Shown one piece after another: positions 18,456 through 25,997 of a DNA stretch of 32,000 nucleotides. Position numbers and translations under genes: made by a program. Origin of the DNA: Crocosphaera subtropica ATCC 51142 (GTDB taxonomy: Bacteria > Cyanobacteriota > Cyanobacteriia > Cyanobacteriales > Microcystaceae); contig NC_010546.1 of the NCBI RefSeq assembly GCF_000017845.1, forward strand, positions 150,001-182,000. Reading direction: 5' to 3'. Numbering within the stretch: position 1 is the stretch's first letter; the number at the start of each line of letters is the position of its first letter. Under the pieces are notes generated by a model that had not been told where the DNA came from, searched no databases, and saw only the letters and a list, made by a program, of their open reading frames with translations.

Positions 18456-18893
18456 ATGAATTGGCTTCTAAGTATTCTTTGTTTGATTTTTCTAATCACT
18501 ACCCTTGGCTTTGGGGTGTATAACTATCAATTTTTAAACAATTCTCTACCCATTCAAGGTAAAGTTATTGATGTCGATAGAAGCCTTACCAGAAACCACG
18601 ACGGAAGTTCCAGCCAAAATAGTTATCCCATCATAGAATATATCTCTCCTCATACCCATGAAAAACAGACACTTAAGGCATCGGTCGCAGCTTTAAATGT
18701 CGAGACAGGAACCAAAGTATGGCTGGCTTATCATCAAAAAAAGCAAGCTCCAAAACTCATTTCTTTCGGTGAGATTTTCTTACCTTTTACCCTATTTGGC
18801 TTATTTGGTGTTACCTTGCTTTTGATTCTGGTTCCTTTATCAACAAGTAGTAAAATGCTTTACACCCTTTTAAAAGGATTGCACATTTTTTAA
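18456..18893 (+). CDS. DUF3592-like membrane protein
   Basis: Two terminal TM helices flank a beta-rich segment ('IQGKVIDV...YPIIEY...GTKVWLAY'). ATG at 18456 lies 2 nt after the PLD stop codon (18451-18453). Confidence 0.6.
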   Translation: MNWLLSILCLIFLITTLGFGVYNYQFLNNSLPIQGKVIDVDRSLTRNHDGSSSQNSYPIIEYISPHTHEKQTLKASVAALNVETGTKVWLAYHQKKQAPKLISFGEIFLPFTLFGLFGVTLLLILVPLSTSSKMLYTLLKGLHIF

Positions 18894-18986
18894 ATATTAT
18901 AATGTTTTAAACCCCTGACCTCATCCCAAAATCATCTAAGATACGATAAGATTTTTCTATCGATACGGTGTGTGAGGAAAATAGTG

Positions 18987-20135
18987 ATGACAGCGAAGAA
19001 TAAAGTCAACACTCAAAGGAAAATAGTGCAAACAGTTTGGCTAACTTTGGGACGATATGGTGGATTCATTGCATTAATTTGGCTTATTCTCTGTTTACCG
19101 GTACAAGCAGCCAAAGAACTGCGGATTGCTGTTAAAAAAGGCGTGAGTGCGGTACAGGTGGGTAGTTCAACCCCTGCTATTGTTAGGGATGCTGGAGGGC
19201 GGCCTATTGGAAATTTAGCTGCACTGGATGGCTTTACAGTGAAACCTAGAGGCAGTGGTGTTAACCTCAATCAATGGAACTCTAGTTATTTGATCATCGA
19301 ACCTAAAGATGATGGCGTGGTTTGGATCGGCGATCGCTGGTACCGAGGAAAAGTTCGAGTGATTCGTCAAGGAAGCGGTGTAACTGCCCTCAATTTAGTG
19401 GATATAGAAGAATATTTATATAGTGTTGTCGGGGCCGAAGCCTATCCCACCTGGCCCCAAGAAGCCTTAAAGTCTCAAGCAGTGGTAGCCAGGACTTATG
19501 CCCTCTACAAAGCGTCTACGGCTAGTAACCGTTATTATGACCTGGACACCACCACCAACACCCAGGTGTATAAGGGGTTAGAAACAGAATTTGTCACCAC
19601 CCACGACGCAGTTAAAGCTACGTTAGGACAAGTTTTGACCTATAACGGTAAAGTGATTTTATCCGCCTTTCATTCCTCTTCTGGGGGTCATACCGAAAAC
19701 GTTGAGGACGTTTGGAGTTCTCCTTTACCCTATTTACGGGGTGTAGTAGATTACGATCAGACAGCCCCTGTGTTTCAATGGAGTCGGTCTTTTAGTGCCT
19801 GGGAAATGGGTCGTCTTATTGGTGGTGTAGGTTCCGTGCGATCGCTGGTTCCGGAAAAAACCACCCCTCACGGACGGATTATTACGTTGAAAGTGGTGGG
19901 GAGTGCCGGATCTCGTCGTATTACCGATGATCAACTCCGCAAGGCATTAAAGCTCAAAAGTACCCTCTTTACCGTATCCAATAATAACGGAACCTTTACC
20001 ATTGAAGGGAGAGGTTATGGTCATGGTATCGGTTTAAGTCAATGGGGAACCCATTATTTAGCTGAACAAGGGATTCCCTATCATCAAATTTTGAGCCATT
20101 ATTATAAAAATGCTCGTTTAACCAGTTTAAATTAG
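18987..20135 (+). CDS. SpoIID/LytB domain protein (peptidoglycan remodelling)
   Basis: It has 'YLYSVVGAEAYPTWPQEALKSQAVVARTYAL', 'SSSGGHTEN' and 'GHGIGLSQWG'. ATG at 18987 (gagga 8 nt upstream) is preferred over the GTG at 18972. Confidence 0.9.
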   Translation: MTAKNKVNTQRKIVQTVWLTLGRYGGFIALIWLILCLPVQAAKELRIAVKKGVSAVQVGSSTPAIVRDAGGRPIGNLAALDGFTVKPRGSGVNLNQWNSSYLIIEPKDDGVVWIGDRWYRGKVRVIRQGSGVTALNLVDIEEYLYSVVGAEAYPTWPQEALKSQAVVARTYALYKASTASNRYYDLDTTTNTQVYKGLETEFVTTHDAVKATLGQVLTYNGKVILSAFHSSSGGHTENVEDVWSSPLPYLRGVVDYDQTAPVFQWSRSFSAWEMGRLIGGVGSVRSLVPEKTTPHGRIITLKVVGSAGSRRITDDQLRKALKLKSTLFTVSNNNGTFTIEGRGYGHGIGLSQWGTHYLAEQGIPYHQILSHYYKNARLTSLN

Positions 20136-20140
20136 TGAAC

Positions 20141-20177
20141 AGCGAACAGTTACTTACTTGCTTAGTGACTGTTCGCT
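20141..20177 (+). terminator. Hairpin immediately downstream of the SpoIID-domain gene
   Basis: Stem agcgaacagt (20141-20150) pairs with actgttcgct (20168-20177), a 10-bp perfect stem. There is no U tract. Confidence 0.4.
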
Positions 20178-20204
20178 AATGAAAGTAAAAAACTCAGAAA
20201 AAGC

Positions 20205-21622
20205 GGTTCTACCGAACTTAGCGTGTAGATTTAACCACTAAAATGCCAAGTTAGGAAACTTCTAAGTTTAAAATTATCAAAATTTCTAAAACCATAACCT
20301 CTTCTTTTAATCAGCTTTAATTTGTTATTAATTCCCTCCACAACACCGCTATTTGTTCTCTCGTCAAAGTAAGCAATGATTTCTCCCATCCAACGTCTAA
20401 TGGTTCCGAAGCTTTTAGGATAAACTGTATGAGCCTCTGCACACCAATCCGCTAGTTCAAACAGTCCTGATATCCAATCAATATTTTCATCAAAAACCTT
20501 TCTAAATTTCTCTTTTAGAAGGTGCATCTTTGAAAGAATAGGTACAGTTTTATAGATTTCTTCTAATTTCTCTTTTTGTTGGTCGCTTAAATCTTCTTCA
20601 TTTTTAAGTAAAGCATATTTACTCTTATTTAATCCTGAAAGTAATTGTTTTTTTTCTGGAGAATCCTTTAAAGCAATTGCTTCTCTTTTTGACTTTTTTC
20701 TTTGAGCATCTAACTCATCGGTAACTTGCTTCATTACATGGAATCTATCAGCCACTATTTCGGCTTGTGGCATTAATTTTTTAGCCACTTTTTTATAAGG
20801 TTGCCAAAAGTCTATACTAACTTCAACTATCTGTCTTAAAACCTCTTCTCCCCAAGCTTCTAGATATTTTGAGACTTCCTCTTCTGTTCGTTTTTCTATC
20901 AGTCCTATAATCACTCCTTTATCCAAATCTACTAAAACTACATAATACTTTCCTTGTCCTTTAACTACAGCAATCTCATCTATGCCTAATCGTCTTAATT
21001 TCTGTGGTTTCTTCTTCCCTAATTCTTGACCTATATCCTTTAGCATCGTTTCTATCTCTTGTTCACTTACTCCATTTCTTTGTGCTACGTTTTTAATATC
21101 GCCATTTAAAACTTCTGCGACAATTTTCTTCTTCAATCTTTCGGTGTAAGTTCTCTTTTTCTTGATATCTTTCAATTCTTCTGTGAATTTCTTTTGACAT
21201 TTTTCACATCTCATTTGACGACGATTTATTTTGAGGTAAACATCTTGCTCTCCCCAAGATAAATCTCTGATAGTTAGTTCATTATTTTGATGTAGTTTTC
21301 TAGTGACAGAACCACAGTATATACAAGTTGTTTTTTTATCTACTTTCTCTAATGACAAAACTATTCCCATTCCCTTGATTAACTGATAATCCATAACAGT
21401 AAATCCTTCTAATTGAAGAATATTTGTCATTAAGTTTAGTTGAGAATTTGACGGCATTAGTGTAACTTAACTTAAAATAGCATTCTTTTTCTAATACCTA
21501 TTCAACCATCAAATATCCTTAAAAGCAACCCTGACAAAGCTTTTGGCTATTATTCTCTTGTCTTTATGCTTTCAAAAACACGTTTTTATTTTTTTAATTT
21601 ACATGACAAGTTCGGTAGAACC
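20205..21622 (-). mobile_element. ISL3-family insertion sequence (~1418 bp)
   Basis: The terminal inverted repeats are ggttctaccgaactt (20205-20219) and aagttcggtagaacc (21608-21622). They are 15/15 identical, extending to 25/30 over 30 bp. The element encloses a single transposase ORF whose stop lies inside the IR. Confidence 0.85.
20231..21457 (-). CDS. ISL3 family transposase
   Basis: 408-aa ORF with an N-terminal zinc finger (CIYCGS...CEKCQKKF) and a DDE_Tnp_ISL3 core '[23 protein letters not shown]...[10 protein letters not shown]'. Confidence 0.92.
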   Translation of the reverse strand: MPSNSQLNLMTNILQLEGFTVMDYQLIKGMGIVLSLEKVDKKTTCIYCGSVTRKLHQNNELTIRDLSWGEQDVYLKINRRQMRCEKCQKKFTEELKDIKKKRTYTERLKKKIVAEVLNGDIKNVAQRNGVSEQEIETMLKDIGQELGKKKPQKLRRLGIDEIAVVKGQGKYYVVLVDLDKGVIIGLIEKRTEEEVSKYLEAWGEEVLRQIVEVSIDFWQPYKKVAKKLMPQAEIVADRFHVMKQVTDELDAQRKKSKREAIALKDSPEKKQLLSGLNKSKYALLKNEEDLSDQQKEKLEEIYKTVPILSKMHLLKEKFRKVFDENIDWISGLFELADWCAEAHTVYPKSFGTIRRWMGEIIAYFDERTNSGVVEGINNKLKLIKRRGYGFRNFDNFKLRSFLTWHFSG

Positions 21623-21850
21623 TTTATTCTTTTCATTCATGTATTGATACGAATATTTACCCCGATTAATTTCATATTCTAGTTCGACATATTCAGTCAA
21701 ATAAAGACAACATTTATTTATAAACTGAATTTTGCCTTTAATATAACCTAAAAATTGATCTCGTCTTTGATAAATTATATTGTGGGATTGACTTAATCTA
21801 TTAGAGTTAATAATTTGCTGAATCTGGATAAAATAATCTTCAATTAGCAT
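21599..21850 (-). pseudogene. 3'-truncated gene (DUF6516/TumE-like toxin candidate) interrupted by the ISL3 end
   Basis: The native sequence ends at 21623. The last 7 codons and the stop (GSTELVM*) are encoded by the ISL3 inverted repeat. '...KYSYQYMNEKNK' resembles the region just before the conserved 'RYDNAPHH' core of that family (recalled from memory). Confidence 0.5.
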
Positions 21851-22083
21851 AACTCTATTTCTTGCAATTCTTTATACTTATTTTGTAACTTATCTAACAT
21901 CCAAGCTTCTCCCATCCATTCATCAAAATCCATATTTAATTGATGTTCTAATTGATCAGTTTCAAAGCGATTGAGAAATTTTTCAGTGGAGATTTTATAT
22001 TTTTCTTCAAACCCTTGCAATTTCTGTTGCGTCTCTAAAATACTGTTTTTAATTTCTTGTAATCTATCAGTTTTTTTAACCAT
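21844..22083 (-). CDS. Small helical protein, antitoxin-like partner (hypothetical)
   Basis: 79-aa ORF, predicted to be charged and helical. Its stop overlaps the start of the downstream ORF (ATGCTAA, a 7-nt overlap). Confidence 0.45.
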   Translation of the reverse strand: MVKKTDRLQEIKNSILETQQKLQGFEEKYKISTEKFLNRFETDQLEHQLNMDFDEWMGEAWMLDKLQNKYKELQEIELC

Positions 22084-22424
22084 AAAAATACCTATTTTGT
22101 TAACCCTTTAATTCTATTAAATTGCTTTTTTCTGCCCTCACAAGACACAGACTCAGTAGATCGAAAACTTACTTGTTTGGGCTGCAAGGGAGATGAGCGA
22201 CCCCGGTCGGGTTCCCCGACCTAGGGAACGTGCGAGGAGTGGGGAGAAGGGGAGATTATTTTGAACTATTTTAGAGGAAATAAAGACTTGAAACGCCACA
22301 AAACGCTAAAAAAATTAACTATACTCACTAATTTATTCTTTTTCCCCTACTTTATTTCTCCCATTCTCTAGTCTCCCTGCTCCCCCGCAATCTTAACTAG
22401 GATCTTTGTGAGGTACAGTAAGTT

Positions 22425-23780
22425 TTAGTCCCTAAATAACTTGACCACTGGCGCACTCTCGAGAAGCTTGTTGGCAACAGCGACCAACGGTTCCATCTCG
22501 ATCTTGTTCATAAAAATAGAATAAGTGAGCAGCGATAGCAAATAGCGGGGGTCCCTCACCCAAGGAGGCAGATGGCGAGGGGCCTGACACAGTCCTATCT
22601 CGTAGAGTTCGCAGAGGGCGGGAATGTCCATAAAATCTAACTTACCGCAGAAGAGTAACGCCAAACAGTCAGAGCGTCCAGCCGCAAAGAAGGTACGAAT
22701 GGCACTACTAACCCCTAAGAGTCCGAACAAATAAACCACATCTTTCGTGAAAGGTGCGCCACCTTTAATGTCACCACCCCGAAACACTCGCCTCGCATTC
22801 TCAAACGCTTGATCAGGGTTGCCAACCCGTTCTAGGAAATAACGATAGACTTCTAGAAAATCTGCTCCTTCAACGGCCATCTGGATGGCAAACACTCGAT
22901 CTGCCAGCCGTCGCAGTCGATCTAATTCCATCGAACCACTGACAATTTCGGCATAAACCGCTAGTCCCTCCTGGGTTCGCGTCGTACCAGGATGTCCTGC
23001 AGCTAAGATGGGTAAGTCAGTCTGTGCCTTCCCATTGAGGGAGGTGGTAACATGAATGTAGGCTTCGTGATTTAAAAGTTGGCTGGCATCTCGGTCGGTA
23101 AAGCAAGCTTCACGGCGGATTTTAATGGTACTCGCCGTTGCTAGAGCATTAGCAGAAAGCTTATCGACCAATTCCACTTTGGGAGCATCCTCACCAAAAT
23201 GCTTCTGCACGGCACGTTCAATGTCTCCAGCGACTTCTTCAGCTGTGTGATACTCTGGAGTGGCGATATCCATCTCGATATGTGCCAGTTGATCGATGGT
23301 ATCGCAGATGCTCTGGGACAGTTCTAAGGGCGTTATAGGACAGTAGCGCAGGGGAGTAGTCGGTTCTCCATAAAGCTGTCGGGAATATTCAAAAAAAGCA
23401 TTATCACCGACCACTGAGGGGGAAAGCATCCTTGCAGCCAGTTCGAGGCTATTCGCTTGCCGTTCTAGCCAGAGATCAATAGGAGAAATGGGTACAATTG
23501 AACGACGTGCTTCTCGCACCGCTTCGAGGGTAATGGTGGGATCGATGGGAGTATAAGTGACTTTGGGAAGCTCTTGGGCTTTGTTGGCAAAAAACTCTTC
23601 TTTAACTTCAGCCGACCACGCAATGGTTTTTAAAATGCGAATCGGACGACTGGCTTCATATAACAAACTGGCTATCTGGCGAATTCGGTCTTTTTCGCCA
23701 TCGCTAACTTGACTATCCATCTCTGTTTCTCTTTGGATGTGATGAGGACTTGACAAACTTTTGCCCTGATTTCTCCCCAT
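22425..23780 (-). CDS. DUF1704 / QEGLA-motif protein (tyrosine/phenylalanine carboxypeptidase-like metallopeptidase)
   Basis: 451-aa ORF containing 'TRTQEGLAVYAE' (QEGLA motif) and 'NHEAYIH' (HExxxH-type). An internal start at 23720 (MDSQV...) is possible. Confidence 0.8.
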   Translation of the reverse strand: MGRNQGKSLSSPHHIQRETEMDSQVSDGEKDRIRQIASLLYEASRPIRILKTIAWSAEVKEEFFANKAQELPKVTYTPIDPTITLEAVREARRSIVPISPIDLWLERQANSLELAARMLSPSVVGDNAFFEYSRQLYGEPTTPLRYCPITPLELSQSICDTIDQLAHIEMDIATPEYHTAEEVAGDIERAVQKHFGEDAPKVELVDKLSANALATASTIKIRREACFTDRDASQLLNHEAYIHVTTSLNGKAQTDLPILAAGHPGTTRTQEGLAVYAEIVSGSMELDRLRRLADRVFAIQMAVEGADFLEVYRYFLERVGNPDQAFENARRVFRGGDIKGGAPFTKDVVYLFGLLGVSSAIRTFFAAGRSDCLALLFCGKLDFMDIPALCELYEIGLCQAPRHLPPWVRDPRYLLSLLTYSIFMNKIEMEPLVAVANKLLESAPVVKLFRD

Positions 23781-23952
23781 CTTGGAGTAGCCAGAAATTC
23801 AGCTTGTCCTCAGAAATTATAGAAGTTTTCCTAGACTGATAACGAAAAGATATATTTTTCTTTAATCATTTAATTAATGTCTCTTTTTTTGTTAAAAAAT
23901 TTTAATAAAATAGGATTGATGAGAGCAGATTAATAATAATATTCTATATATA

Positions 23953-25093
23953 TAGCTAGTCTAACTGAATCGTGAAAAAGCCTCGTAGTTTTTAAAATTA
24001 GGAAGATTGAATAGTTTCAACTCAACAAAAAGTTGAAAAAGACGTTTAACAATTTTAAAATTTTTCCCAAATCTATAAAATCTTCTCAGTAAAGTTTTGA
24101 GTTGTAACCAAATTGCTTCTACGGGATTTTCTTGAGGGGAATAAGGAGCAAAAAGACAACAGGTTACTCGCCATTCTTCTGGTGACAAATCTTGATTTTC
24201 TCTAGCTAAAAACTTTTGCATTTCTTTTCCTCTATGATAACTGGCTCCATCCCAAATCCATAAGGTTTTAGCTTCGGGATTTTTTTTCTGTAATTGTTGG
24301 ACAAAATCTACCGTGTTTTTTCCATTTCCTTTTTGATAAGGAAGCAAAATAAATTCTTGAGTTAATAAATTTAATGCCCCATAATATGTCTGTCTTTCTT
24401 TAGGATTTAAAAGAGGAATTTTTAAGGGTTCTTTTATTAAGTTCCATAGATATCCGCAAATATCCTCCCAGTGAAGATGACATTCATCAACTATATACAC
24501 TATCAGCTTTCCTGAATCTATTTCCTCTCGTCTATTTTCCAGAATTTGCGCTATTTCTTGGTTTTTTTTTGAGTGACTTCTTCATGATATCTAGGATTAA
24601 TTTGTTGCCCCTTTTGCCAAGAAATTTTCGCCTCTTTTAAAATCTTATAATAACTTTGAAGAGATTGATAAACCACATCATATTTCTCAATTAGATAAAC
24701 TTCTAGTTCAGAAATATCCCAGGTTTTTTGTTCAATTAGCCACTCAATTATCTCGGTACGTTCTTGATTTGTTAAGTAACTTTTACTTCCTTTGTATCCT
24801 TATTTTAAACCATTTATACCCCCAAAATTAAAAGCATTAACCCATTTACTAATAAATCCTAGTGACACAGATAAAATTTCTGAGACTCTTTCATAACGAT
24901 AGCCTTCTAGCACTAACTTTACCGCTAAAGCTCTTTGAGTCTCTCTCCCGTTTGATGAATTTTCAAGAAACTCTTTAATTAGCTCAATTTTCTCCTTATT
25001 GTCTATTATCATGAGTTTGTTTCTTTTTGAAATTACTCTTTTAATTTTACCTAAACAGAGCTTTTTTTATTCACGACTCATTTAGAAACGCTA
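23953..25093 (-). mobile_element. IS630-family insertion sequence (~1141 bp), decayed
   Basis: The terminal IRs at 23953-23980 and 25066-25093 are 21/28 identical (TAGCnnnTCTAAnTGAnTCGTGAAnAA). The element is flanked by TA at 23951-23952 and 25094-25095, the family target duplication. Confidence 0.85.
23961..25012 (-). pseudogene. IS630/Tc1-mariner-type DDE transposase interrupted by an in-frame TAA and a frameshift at an A9 run
   Basis: The N-terminal HTH ORF is at 24800-25012. An in-frame TAA lies at 24800-24802. The middle segment continues to the A9 run (plus-strand T9 at 24562-24570), where a -1 shift joins the DDE_3 part ('WIWDGASYHRG...YSPQENPVE'). Confidence 0.85.
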
Positions 25094-25207
25094 TAGAAGA
25101 ATGAGGTTTGAAATTTAGGGTCAAAAGTTGTTTTAGCCTTGGAAAGCTTAAGAGATAGACTGCATTAAAAACACTGATTTGAAAGACAATTAATTAATAG
25201 TTTTGTT

Positions 25208-25981
25208 ATGAACAACATTGACCGATTGTTGACTTTTTTAATAGGATTGGGACTTTCTCTTCCCACTGTATTGCCTGTGTTGGCGCAAACTTCCCCCCCT
25301 GCTCCGGAAAACTTGAAAACAACAGAAGCGTTACTGAGTCAAGTGTGTGACTTCCTTAAAGCTCAACCAGCTTTTACGGTTGAAACCGATGTTACCTACG
25401 ATAATGTACTTGAATCAGGGGAAAAAGTTCAATACAGTGGTTATCAAGAACTATGGGTAAGCAAACCAGATAGAATGCGCTCTGATTATACGGGAGATGA
25501 ACGGATTACCCGTTTTTACTACGATGGTCAATCTTTTAGCCTGTTTACCCCTCCGTTAGATGTTTATGCCACCAAAGAAGCCCCTGCTAATCTTGATGAT
25601 GTGGTAGAACAGATTGCACAAAGGTATGGAATTACCATTCCTATGTCTAACCTATTATTGAGTAATCCCTGTGGGGCGATCGCAACGGAAATAGAAAACG
25701 CTGTCTTTGTGGGAAATAATCTGGTTAATCGTCAAGAAACTTATCATATTCTGCTAAAAGGAGAAGAAAGAGATATACAGTTGTGGATTAGTAAAACTGA
25801 ACCACCTTTAATTCTTAAAGGTATCATTAACTACAAGACCTTACCCAGTTCGCCTCAATATACCGCTCTGTTTTCTAATTGGAACTTTAACCCCAGTTTA
25901 ACAGATGACATTTTTCGGTTTGTCCCCCCTCAAGATGCTGTCGGTATCGAGATTTTACCCTCACAGTCCAATGAAGAATAA
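25208..25981 (+). CDS. DUF2092-like periplasmic protein (LolA-like fold family)
   Basis: 257-aa ORF with a signal peptide ('LSLPTVLPVLAQ'). The C-terminal 'YHILLKGEERDIQLWISK...PQYTALFSNWNFNP...FRFVPPQDA' pattern resembles DUF2092 (from memory). Confidence 0.65.
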   Translation: MNNIDRLLTFLIGLGLSLPTVLPVLAQTSPPAPENLKTTEALLSQVCDFLKAQPAFTVETDVTYDNVLESGEKVQYSGYQELWVSKPDRMRSDYTGDERITRFYYDGQSFSLFTPPLDVYATKEAPANLDDVVEQIAQRYGITIPMSNLLLSNPCGAIATEIENAVFVGNNLVNRQETYHILLKGEERDIQLWISKTEPPLILKGIINYKTLPSSPQYTALFSNWNFNPSLTDDIFRFVPPQDAVGIEILPSQSNEE

Positions 25982-25997
25982 TTCGTCAGGAGTTAGT

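Noticed and set aside
22425-23780. Raw GC content of the DUF1704 gene (roughly 50% by eye), considered as proof of horizontal transfer.
   Set aside because: hemL in the same window reaches similar GC in places. Only the codon-choice difference (CTN/CAG versus TTA/TTG/CAA) is retained, and it needs quantitative testing.
20136-25207. Absence of HIP1 (GCGATCGC) from the IS-bracketed patch, considered as evidence of foreign origin.
   Set aside because: An even longer HIP1-free stretch (12666-19329) covers ordinary chromosomal genes, so a 5.8-kb gap is not informative at this density.
25905-25997. The N-terminal extension of the repeat-protein ORF, which overlaps the DUF2092 gene.
   Set aside because: The extension has no signal-peptide logic and overlaps the upstream gene by 77 nt. 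ATG at 25998, with aggag upstream, begins directly with a signal peptide.
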